From an uncultured Actinomycetes bacterium (lineage in GTDB: Bacteria; Actinomycetota; UBA4738; HRBIN12), in NCBI GenBank assembly GCA_963704885.1, contig CAVPIB010000001.1:128001-192000 (forward strand): DNA of 64,000 nt, given 5' to 3'. The position numbers were made by a program, and so were the translations under genes. Below the pieces are notes generated by a model. That model saw only the letters and a list, made by a program, of their open reading frames with translations. It was not told where the DNA came from and searched no databases. This document shows, in pieces, positions 9,693-18,700 of the stretch. Each line of letters begins with the position of its first letter. The stretch's first letter is position 1.

Positions 9693-9721
9693 ACTTAACC
9701 TTGGGGGTCTATAACTGTCAA
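9693..9721 (-). promoter_or_regulatory. Candidate promoter of the propeptide gene
   Basis: Minus strand TTGACA-N17-TTAAGT: perfect -35 with imperfect -10. Confidence 0.45.
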
Positions 9722-9828
9722 GCATCGCGTCACGGCGTGCCCTCATCTGGGCGGGTGGCTGGGGTGGCTGATTCGTGCTTGCCTTGACTCGGGGCTAGAC
9801 TCCGCCGCGACAGGTTGTCCAACGAACG

Positions 9829-11121
9829 ATGATGGGAGGGAGAGCCTTGCTCGGAACCAGGATGAAGCGGCTGCGGCTAGTTAGGGGCATGACCCAGAAG
9901 GAGCTGGCCGATCCGAAGTACAGCTACGCCTACGTGAGCACGATCGAGGCCGGGCGGCGCAACCCCTCCAAGGAGGCGATCGAACACTTCGCCTCGAAGC
10001 TGGGGATCACGGCCGACGAGCTGGCCACCGGCACCCCCGCGGACCTTGGCCCTCGGTTGGAGCTCAGACTCCACGAGGCGCGCGTCGCTATGTCCGAGGG
10101 CCACCTCGACCAGGCCGCCGATGAGCTGGCCGCGATAGCCAAGGAGGCCAAGCGCTACCACCTCGTTCGAGTGATGGCCAAGACCGAGGAGGGCCTGGGT
10201 CTGGCGTGCGAACGCCGGGCAGAGCCGGAGGCGGCACTGGAGCACTACCAGCGCTCCGAGGAGCTCCTCCGCGACGAGCCAGCCACCGAGTGGGTGGATG
10301 CGGTAGCGGGCATGGCTCGCAGCTTCGAGGCCATGGGGGACGTCCGTTACGCCATCTTCATACTGGAGAGCCTGCTCGATCGTCTGGACCGCGCCCGGCT
10401 GCGCGACCCCGATGCCCTGGCCAGACTGCACTCGTCCCTGGTGTTCGCGTATCTGGACGCCGGCATCCATCGGAAGGCCGCAGAATCCGCAGCAGAACTG
10501 GAGGCTCTGGCCCCCCGGATGCAAGACCCGATCCGGATCGCCCAGATGCACATGAACGTGGCGCGGCTGTTCCTGCAGGACGGGCGCATCAACGACGCGG
10601 AGCGATCCCTCCGCCGCGCCGAGGACGCCTATCGACACCTCAATCTCCGCACGGAGATGGGCGGCGCACACCTGGCTCTGGGCTACGTCGCCAGCCGGGA
10701 GGGCGACCTGTCGAAGGCACGCTTCGAGCTCGAACATGCGATCGACATCTTCGAAGACACCGCCAACGAACTGGACCTGGCAAGCGCGCTGAACGAGCTT
10801 GCCAGGGTGGAGCGCCTGGAGGGGTCCTCGGATCGAGCTCGATCGCATCTGGAGCGGTCGCTGTCATTGTTGGGTGGGCGCGACACTCCGGTCGTGGCGG
10901 GTTCGCATCGTGAACTCGGCCTCGCGTTGGCGGACCTCGATCCTGTGGACGCGGAGAAGCACCTCCGAGTGGCGATCGAGCTCTACGATCGCTCGGGGCA
11001 GTCGTTCGAGATCGCACTCACCTATCGCGCTCTCGGCGACCTGTTGAACGACGGAGGCGAAGGCGACGCCGCGTCCGAGGCCTACCGGACCGGGATCATG
11101 GCGCTCGAGCCCACGGTGTAG
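9829..11121 (+). CDS. XRE-family HTH + tetratricopeptide-repeat transcriptional regulator (PlcR/NprR-like architecture)
   Basis: LGTRMKRLRLVRGMTQKELA...YVSTIEAGRRNPS HTH followed by several TPR-like helical repeats; alternative TTG start at 9847 after GGAGGG. Confidence 0.88.
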   Translation: MMGGRALLGTRMKRLRLVRGMTQKELADPKYSYAYVSTIEAGRRNPSKEAIEHFASKLGITADELATGTPADLGPRLELRLHEARVAMSEGHLDQAADELAAIAKEAKRYHLVRVMAKTEEGLGLACERRAEPEAALEHYQRSEELLRDEPATEWVDAVAGMARSFEAMGDVRYAIFILESLLDRLDRARLRDPDALARLHSSLVFAYLDAGIHRKAAESAAELEALAPRMQDPIRIAQMHMNVARLFLQDGRINDAERSLRRAEDAYRHLNLRTEMGGAHLALGYVASREGDLSKARFELEHAIDIFEDTANELDLASALNELARVERLEGSSDRARSHLERSLSLLGGRDTPVVAGSHRELGLALADLDPVDAEKHLRVAIELYDRSGQSFEIALTYRALGDLLNDGGEGDAASEAYRTGIMALEPTV

Positions 11122-11134
11122 GTCGGAACGAGCG

Positions 11135-12994
11135 TCAGCGGGGCGCTGCCTGCCTGGCAGATTCCACGACCTCCGCCGCCAGGTCGAAGCGGCCGAACTG
11201 AGGCATGAGATAGATCCCGGCGACATCCACTTGGCTGAGCTGGGCGATCAGCTCTCCAGCCATGGCGAGCCCCTCGCGCTCCGCCTGGTCGCCCGCGGCG
11301 GCCAGCCGCTCCCGCACGGGCCCGGGGATCACGATCCCCGGCACCTCGTTGTGAAGGAACTCGGCGTGCCTGGCGGTCACGAGCGGCAGCACTCCGGCCA
11401 GCAGCGGGGTCGTGAGCGGTGCGCCCGTCACTCGTTCGTAGGTCTCGCGCAAGCGCCCGATCGCATGGGTCTCGTACACCGGCTGCGACAGGAGGAACCG
11501 AGCGCCGGCCGCGATCTTCTTCTCTAGCAGGCGACACTCGCGGTCCAGATCCCGGGCGTTGGGCGCGACGGCCGCCCCCGCGAAGAACGAGGTGGGCTCG
11601 CCGATAGAGGTTCCCCCACGGTCTCGCCCCAGGTTGAAGCCCTGGTTGACGAGCGCCAACAGCCCCGTGGCAGTCACATCGACGTTGTTCGACCCCTGGG
11701 GGAAATCGCCGATCGACACCGGATCGCCCACGCACACGAACAGGTTGCGGATGCCGAGCGCAGCAGCGCCGAGCAGGTCGCCCTGCAGCCGGAGGAGGTT
11801 CCGGCCGCGCGTTGGGAAGTGAAGCACCGTCTCCACACCGACGCGTTCCTGGATCAACCGGCAAGCGGCCCAGGCGCTCATCCGCATCTTCGCCATCGGA
11901 CTGTCGGCCACGTCGATCACGTCGGCCCCCGCTGTCGCAAGCGTCTCGGCCCCGGCCACCAGCGTGCCGATGTCGAATGACCGTGGCGGCTCCACCTCGA
12001 CCGCGATCACGAACCGGCCGGCCGCAAGGCACGCCTCAAGTGCCGTGGGCGTGGCTGCGGGACGGGACGGGTTTCCGGTCTCATAGGGCGTCGTCGCGAT
12101 CGCGATCGCCGGGGCGACGCCTCTACCCTCGAGCGCACTCGCGATCGCTGTGGTGTGCGCCGGGCCCGTCCCACAGCATCCGCCGATCACCGCGGCGCCC
12201 TGGTCCGCGAACGCCACCGCGTGCTCGGCCACGTACTCCGGTGTGGCGGGATACACGAAGCGTCCGCCGACCTGCGCCGGTCCCCCGGCGTTGGGACGCG
12301 CCACGAGGGGGATATCGCCCGCCACGGCTCGCATGGCGCGGATCACGCGGAGCAACTGCGCCGGACCCTCACCGCAGTTCGCGCCCAGACCGTCCACGCC
12401 CATGGCTAACAGAGAAGACGCGACGTGCTCTGGGGAAGAGCCTAGTAGCGTTCGATCGTCCTTCGTGAAGGTGGCGGTCACCACGACCGCGACATCCGGG
12501 TCGGCATCGCGCGCGGCCGCCACCGCCTGCTCCATCTCCCGCAGATCGCTCTGGGTCTCGATCACGAATAGGTCCACGCCTTCTGAGGCAAGGGCCGCCG
12601 CCTGTTCCCGGTATGCGGCGAACGCGACCTCGGGCCGGACCCGGCCGTAGGGGGCCAGCCGCACGCCGAGCGGTCCCATCGATCCCGCAACGAACTTGGC
12701 GCCGCTCTTCCGGGCCACCCGAACCCCCGCGCGGTTCAACTCCTCGACGCGTACGTCCAGGCCGTGCGGCTCCAGCCGGAAGCGGTTCGTCCCGAACGTG
12801 TTCGCAAGCACCAGCTGGGCGCCGGCATCCACGAAACCACGATGGATACCCAGCACGCGACCGGCATCCTCGACGCTCAACAGCTCCATGCAGGCGCCCA
12901 CCGGAGCCCCGGAGTCGATCAGCGCGGTACCCATGCCCCCGTCTGCGATCAGCGGGCGTCCTGCGAGCAAGGTTCGGAGCGCGGCGCCGTCCAT
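11135..12994 (-). CDS. yitJ: Bifunctional homocysteine S-methyltransferase / methylenetetrahydrofolate reductase
   Basis: DGGMGT, GANCG, PNAG, IGGCCGTGP followed by an MTHFR domain (DSPMA, RGRNLLRLQGDLLG, LSQPVY, HNEVPG). Confidence 0.92.
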   Translation of the reverse strand: MDGAALRTLLAGRPLIADGGMGTALIDSGAPVGACMELLSVEDAGRVLGIHRGFVDAGAQLVLANTFGTNRFRLEPHGLDVRVEELNRAGVRVARKSGAKFVAGSMGPLGVRLAPYGRVRPEVAFAAYREQAAALASEGVDLFVIETQSDLREMEQAVAAARDADPDVAVVVTATFTKDDRTLLGSSPEHVASSLLAMGVDGLGANCGEGPAQLLRVIRAMRAVAGDIPLVARPNAGGPAQVGGRFVYPATPEYVAEHAVAFADQGAAVIGGCCGTGPAHTTAIASALEGRGVAPAIAIATTPYETGNPSRPAATPTALEACLAAGRFVIAVEVEPPRSFDIGTLVAGAETLATAGADVIDVADSPMAKMRMSAWAACRLIQERVGVETVLHFPTRGRNLLRLQGDLLGAAALGIRNLFVCVGDPVSIGDFPQGSNNVDVTATGLLALVNQGFNLGRDRGGTSIGEPTSFFAGAAVAPNARDLDRECRLLEKKIAAGARFLLSQPVYETHAIGRLRETYERVTGAPLTTPLLAGVLPLVTARHAEFLHNEVPGIVIPGPVRERLAAAGDQAEREGLAMAGELIAQLSQVDVAGIYLMPQFGRFDLAAEVVESARQAAPR

Positions 12995-13044
12995 CCCCGC
13001 AGTTTAGGGAGGTGGGCGTGGGCGTCGCGTGACATCGTTCAACC

Positions 13045-13890
13045 ATGACGGGTGACGACATCCAAAGGGCACGGGCGCGCCGCTGGTGGCAGTCGGGCAG
13101 ACCGCTCGGGCGGATCGACCGCGCGGGTCGGTTCGTGAACGACGTCGGGTTCGCGTTGCTGTTCCCCAAGGCGAGCATCGAGCTGCCCTCCCTGTGGGAG
13201 GCGACGACCGACCGGCCCATCCACACCGCCGAGAGCGACTGGGGTCCCGACATGGAGAAGGTCTGGACGTGGAAGGACGAGCTCCCGCGTCGCGGCCTGT
13301 GCTGGTACGGCGAGTTCGTGCGGGGACGCAAGTCGTTCCTGTCGCAGTCACTCTTGAACGACCTGTACCCGCGCAGCGGCAGCCCCGACGACTTCGGGGA
13401 GGTGAGCTTCTCCCACGACGCGCGGCGGATCGCGCGGATCCTGCTGACCTCGGGGCCACAACCCACGGCCGCTCTCAGGGAGGCGCTGGACGTCGAGGGC
13501 CGGGCGGGCGCTGAGCGATTCTCTCGAGCCGTTGGCGAGCTGGGCCGCGCGCTGGTCATAACCAACTTCGGCACGGAGGACGAGGGCGGAGGATGGCCAA
13601 GCGCCGTCCTGGAGCTGACCACCAGGGCCTTCCCTATCCCCCCGAAACGCGACCCCGAGGTCTCCCGACTGAACGTCGCGCGGACCTTCCTGGACACCAT
13701 GATCACGGCCCAGCCGAACCATCTGGGCAACGCCTTCCACATCGGCGCCGCGGCAGCACGCGCGTCCTTCGAGGATCTGGTCGCGCTCGGCGAAGCCGAG
13801 CGCGACGGCCCCGGTTACCGGCTGGTGCCTACATCGACGGCCGCGAACCGCAGCCGGCGATCGGTCACGACCTCGTCCACCACGCCGTAG
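13045..13890 (+). CDS. AlkZ/YcaQ-related winged-helix protein
   Basis: [41 protein letters not shown] pattern; overlaps the 3' end of clpP by 76 nt. Confidence 0.55.
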   Translation: MTGDDIQRARARRWWQSGRPLGRIDRAGRFVNDVGFALLFPKASIELPSLWEATTDRPIHTAESDWGPDMEKVWTWKDELPRRGLCWYGEFVRGRKSFLSQSLLNDLYPRSGSPDDFGEVSFSHDARRIARILLTSGPQPTAALREALDVEGRAGAERFSRAVGELGRALVITNFGTEDEGGGWPSAVLELTTRAFPIPPKRDPEVSRLNVARTFLDTMITAQPNHLGNAFHIGAAAARASFEDLVALGEAERDGPGYRLVPTSTAANRSRRSVTTSSTTP

Positions 13891-14447
13891 GCCTTCGCCT
13901 CCTCGGCCGTAAGGATGAAGTCCCGGTCGGTGTCCGCTCGCACCTTCTCGAGCGGCTGGCCGGTGTGCTCGGCCAGGATCTCCTCCTGGCGGCGGCGCTG
14001 ACGCACAATCTCCTGCGCGTGGATCTCGATGTCGGTGGACTGTCCCTCGACGCCACCGTGCGGCTGATGCAGCAGCACACGCGCGTTGGGGAGCGCGTAC
14101 CGCTTGCCCGGCGCACCGGAGGCGAGGAGCGTCGCCCCCGCCGACGCCGCCTGCCCCATGCACCAGGTGGCCACGTCGGGACGGATCGCCTGCATGGTGT
14201 CGTAGATCGCGAGCATCGCCGTCGCCGCACCGCCGGGCGAGTTGATGTACATGGCGATGTCCTTGTCCGGATCCTCGGCCTCCAAGAAGAGCAGCTGCGC
14301 CACGATCAGGTTGGCCACGTCGTCGTCCAGCACGCTGCCGAAGAACACCACGCGTTCGCGCAGCAGCCGAGAGTAGATGTCGAACGACCGCTCGCCGCGA
14401 TCCGTCGCCTCGACCACCGTGGGCACCAGCACCCGGGGTTCCCGCAT
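13815..14447 (-). CDS. clpP: ATP-dependent Clp protease proteolytic subunit
   Basis: [28 protein letters not shown], catalytic GQAAS, LLHQP, DTDRD. Confidence 0.95.
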   Translation of the reverse strand: MREPRVLVPTVVEATDRGERSFDIYSRLLRERVVFFGSVLDDDVANLIVAQLLFLEAEDPDKDIAMYINSPGGAATAMLAIYDTMQAIRPDVATWCMGQAASAGATLLASGAPGKRYALPNARVLLHQPHGGVEGQSTDIEIHAQEIVRQRRRQEEILAEHTGQPLEKVRADTDRDFILTAEEAKAYGVVDEVVTDRRLRFAAVDVGTSR

Positions 14448-14469
14448 CGTCGCCACCCCCCGGTAAGAT

Positions 14470-14522
14470 GCAACCGAACGGTTGCCGGTCGAGCCTAGCA
14501 GTTCGGCAACCCAACGGTTGCC
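14470..14522. promoter_or_regulatory. Two GCAACC-N4-GGTTGC palindromes, probable ArsR operator
   Basis: gcaaccgaacggttgc at 14470-14485 and ggcaacccaacggttgcc at 14505-14522, directly upstream of the SRPBCC-ArsR operon. Confidence 0.7.
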
Positions 14523-14537
14523 AAGGGAGACCACGCG

Positions 14538-14911
14538 GATGAGCCGATCCGACGCGAGGTGACGATCGTAGCCGCGCCCCGGGACGTGTGGGACGCGATC
14601 ACCGGACCGGCGGAGCTGGCCGCTTGGTTCGACGCCGAGACCCAGATCGACCTTCGGCTCGGCGGCGCCGTCCGCTTCACCTGGCCCGACGGCATCGAGC
14701 GCCGGGGCTGATCGTGGATCTGGACGCCCCTCGCCGGCTGGCGTGGCGATGGCGCGAACTCCGATCGACGGACGACGGCCTGACCACATCCGACGCGACC
14801 GTCGTCGAGTTCCTGGTCGAGGCCGACGGAGAGGGTTCCCGCGTCACGGTCACGGAATCACCCGGTGTGCTGGCCGCGGATCCACCGGCGTTGGCGGAGT
14901 CGCGGCTATGA
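14538..14911 (+). pseudogene. SRPBCC/AHA1-domain protein, frameshifted (sequence error or pseudogene)
   Basis: Segments [12 protein letters not shown] / [16 protein letters not shown]...[11 protein letters not shown] / [16 protein letters not shown]...SRVTVTES lie in three frames; no intact start codon. Confidence 0.75.
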
Positions 14912-15243
14912 CGACCGGACGGCCGCATGACGCAGACGCGGTCTTCCAGGCGTTGTCCGACGCCACGCGGCGCGACGTCATGCGATTACTGTCCGAAGGC
15001 GGTCCATCCACCGTGGGCGAGCTCGCGGCCGGACTTCCCGTGACGCGTCAGGCCGTGGCAAAGCATCTGGTGGTGCTGGCTGACGCCGGGTTGGTTTCGG
15101 CGTCGGGCGACACGCGCAGGCGACACTACCGGCTGACGCCGCAACCGCTCAGCGACGCCATGGGCTGGATTGTCGACGTCGGCGGTGAGTGGGACGAGCG
15201 TTTGGGTGCCCTCAAGCGCCACGTGGAGCGCGACCGATCGTGA
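14908..15243 (+). CDS. ArsR/SmtB family transcriptional regulator
   Basis: VFQALSDATRR, TRQAVAKHLVVLADAGLV, WDERLGALK. Confidence 0.9.
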   Translation: MTTGRPHDADAVFQALSDATRRDVMRLLSEGGPSTVGELAAGLPVTRQAVAKHLVVLADAGLVSASGDTRRRHYRLTPQPLSDAMGWIVDVGGEWDERLGALKRHVERDRS

Positions 15244-15397
15244 TACTGGCCCGAACGCATAGGAGTGGACCCCCCGTTGGCCTGGGTTGTGGGTGATGTC
15301 ACGCTCAGCGGCTCGGTCGGGAGCGTTGCCGAAACCCGCAGCACCCAACCTATCTGGGGCAAGAAGTGTCCAGGAAACTTGACGCGGAACAGTTCGA

Positions 15398-15754
15398 TCA
15401 GATTTCACGCAGATCGAGCAGATTCCGAGCGGTCGCAATCTCGTTTTCGAAGAGGCGCGCCATGCCTTCCAGCTCATCACTGGAACCTTCCTCCCATTCG
15501 GTGGTCAGAACTCCCCTCTCCCCCTTCTTGCCCTTTGGCCTTATGGCGTAGCGGATGAGTGTGCCGCCCCGATCCAGCAAGAAGCCCCGATCTTCATTCG
15601 AGTCTTCTGGCCACCTCACGATCGCAGCCATGTCGGTCGGCGACCAACCCCGTCGGACGAGTTCAGCCCGCAAACCCACCCAGCCGGGGCCCGGTGAGGT
15701 TCGGAAGCTCTTGGTCAGCTCCGTGATTGCACTCTCAAGTGAGTCCTGCGTCAT
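15398..15754 (-). CDS. Candidate immunity protein of the RHS toxin
   Basis: 118-aa ORF whose ATG overlaps the toxin stop codon (ATGA); atypical codon usage; no family recognised. Confidence 0.65.
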   Translation of the reverse strand: MTQDSLESAITELTKSFRTSPGPGWVGLRAELVRRGWSPTDMAAIVRWPEDSNEDRGFLLDRGGTLIRYAIRPKGKKGERGVLTTEWEEGSSDELEGMARLFENEIATARNLLDLREI

Positions 15755-18700
15755 CCCGGAATCCAATCACCAGGACTCCAGGATATCGGCGATCCCGGGT
15801 AGCTTGTGATGAGCTCACCCGACAGGGTTGTGATGACCGCGTAGAGCGACGTCGGGAGGCCAGTCGCGTTCCAAACGCCAATCTCGGACGCAGCGGAGAC
15901 TGCTCTCACGCAGGCCGTGTTGTCAGGCACAGCGATTGCTGACTGTGCCTCTATGACCAGTAGTTCCCACGGGACTCCGTCGAAGAAGACGCTCTTGCCA
16001 GCTGAGTTTGCCCCAGTCGATGTATGGTTGCGCTTCACGTGGGCGCGCGCGATATTGCCGATGTGTATGTAGCCCTGTGTGCAACCTGAATCTGCAGGTC
16101 GAGGTCGCGCCGGGTGGCTTTCTACTGCGTCCAAGAGGGCAGATGCCGCCCAGATTGTCAGCCCAGCAAGAGCCGCGGACCCCAACCTCTTGATCAGACC
16201 CCAGTCGTCGAGAAGCTCGTCAAGGCACCCCGGGACCGATGAGCAGTCGAGCACGAGGCTGAGCAGCGCCATCGCAACTAGGCCGACAGACACGATCGCG
16301 ACGCCGATGCATATCCCCATCGCTACGGGCCCCAGCGCGCACAAACCGGGGATCGCCCTGATGACGGCGATCAGCATGGCACCGATCGCCGGCCAAGCCG
16401 CAGAACCCGGGAGCGGGATGGCGACGGCCTCCTTCCCTGATGGATCGACCCAGGTGGCCGGGTCGTTGTTCGCGTACGCATAGAGGTTGTAGCCGAGACT
16501 TCCAGCGCCCGCGGGACGCTTCGTGTCCGATTGCAGGAACCGTCCGAGCGCCGGATCGAGCGTGCGAGCCCGCAGGTAGATGCCCCCGGTCGCATCGGTC
16601 GGCTCCCCGGTGAAGCCGAAGCCGATTGCCGTCCCCGACTGGGACCGCGTGGCGCCGAAGAGTTCGTAGGTCTTCGACCCAACGACCGACCCCGACGCGT
16701 TCGTGACCACGCGTACCGAGCCAAGCGCGTCCGTCAACGGGTAAAGGTCTCCCCCGCCGGTCGCCTCGATCAGGCCGTCGGCGTGCAGGTACGAGCGGCT
16801 CCCGTCGTCCACCACCATCGGCAGCCCGCCTTCGCGATCGACGAGGTAGTCGACAGGTGTCGAGTCGACCTCGGAGCCGACGCGAACGCCGTCACCGTCG
16901 TAAGTGTGGGTAGCGTCGTGGCCGTTCGCGGCCGACGTGACGAGCCGGTTCCCGTAGTCGTAGCTGTATTCGTCGGTCCCGAGATCGGTCAGGTTCCCTG
17001 CGTCGTCGGAGGTCGCCGACGTCGCCCCGACGCTCACGATCCTTCCCGCGTCGTCGTACGTGTAGGTGGTGGTGACCGAGTCGCGGGTTTCGGTGAGCCG
17101 GTTGCCGGCGTCGTCGTAGGTATAGGTGACCTCCTCGCTGTCCGCGTACTCCACGGCAATGAGCTGGCCCAGGTCGTCGTGCGTGTAGGTCTCGGTCCCG
17201 GCCTGCGTCGTCATCGAGGTTCGCATGCCGCGTTCGTCGTACGTGTAGTCGAAGGAGGCGAGCGTCGCCGCGTCCTTCACATGGTCGATCGATGAGATCC
17301 TGCCCGCGTCGTCGTAGGTGTAGGTGGACACCACCCCGTTCGGCCGGTCGATCTCGATGCGTCTTCCGTCCTCGTCGTAGGAGAACGTCGTCTCGTCGTT
17401 CGATGGGTCGGTGACCGAGTCGAGCTGGCCCGCGAGGTCGTAGCCGTAGCCGATCTCCCGGCCGCCGGGAAGCGTCATCGACGTTCGGCGGCCGGCCTCG
17501 TCCCAGTCGTAGGCGATCGTCCCGGCCGGCGCCGCGACCGAGCTCATCTGACCGGCGTCGTCGTAGGCCCAAGTCGTCGTCCCGGTGTCGTCGACCATCG
17601 AGGTCCGCCGCCCCGCGTCGTCGTAAGCGTAGGTGACATCTCCGCCGGGGAATGCGACCGAGGTGGGCAGGCCCCGCTCGTCGTAGGTCCAGGCCGTCTC
17701 GACTCCGCGGCCGTCGGTCCGCTCCACGAGCTGGCCGCGATCGTCGTAGACGAACGAGGTTACGTTGGAGAGCGGATCCGTGACGCTCGCCCGGTTGCCC
17801 AGGGCGTCGTACGAGTAGGTCCAGGTCTCCTCGTTGGGGTCCGTGAGGCTCGTGAGCTGGCCGGCGCCGTCGTAGCCGAACCCCACGACGCCTGAGAGCG
17901 CATCGGTGAGCGAGGTCATCCGCCCGGCCGCGTCGTAGGCATAGGTGGTGGCGTTGGAGAGCGGATCGGTCTCGGTGATGAGCCGCCCGGCGTCGTCGTA
18001 GGCGTACGTGGAGACGTTGGAGAGCGGGTCGGTGACGCTCGTGCGGTTCCCCATGTCGTCGTAGGCGTAGGTGGTCTCGGCGCCGGAGGGGAGCAGGACG
18101 GAGACCAGCCGTCCTGCGAGGTCATAGCCGTAGGTCGTTTCGTTCTCCAGGCCATCGGCGGTCGCGACGAGCTGCCCAGCGTCGTCGAACGTCGAGGTCG
18201 TCGTCCGCCCGGTCGGATCCGTGGTCTCGACGGTTCGGCCGACGGCGTCGAGGGTGTAGGTCGTGGTGTTGTCAGAGCGGGTCGGTGACCCCGACGAGCC
18301 GGCCGGCGTCGTCGTAGGCAGTAGGACGGTCGTGTTGGAGAGCGGATCGGTACCGGTCAGTCTTCCGGCCCGCGTCGTCGTAGGTGTAGGAGGTGGTGTT
18401 GGACAGCGGATCGGTCACGGCGACGAGCTGGTTCGCCTCGTCGTAGGTGCTCACCGTCGAGTTCTCGAGGGCGTCGGTCGTCGTGGTGAGGTTCCCGGCC
18501 TCGTCGTAGGTGTAGCCGACGGTCGCGGCGTTCGGCAGCGTCGCCGAGGTGAGGCGTCCCGCGTCGTCGTAGGCGTAGGTCGTCTCGCGGTCGATCGCGT
18601 CGGTCTCGGAGACCAGGCGCCCGGCTTCGTCGTAGGCCCAGCTCGTGGTGTTCGAAAGCGGGTCGGTCTCGGAGATGAGCCGGCCGGCGTCGTCGTAGGC

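Noticed and set aside
9633-9840. 9-bp inverted repeat ATGGGAGGG at the starts of the peptide and regulator genes
   Set aside because: The regulator copy is explained as an SD before TTG 9847; too short to call an invertible or operator element.
15244-15397. Intergenic stretch vaguely like an IS end
   Set aside because: No transposase, partner inverted repeat or target-site duplication found.
18272-18360. Programmed frameshift or phase variation in the RHS gene
   Set aside because: No slippery heptamer or simple repeat tract; several scattered extra bases fit sequencing error better.
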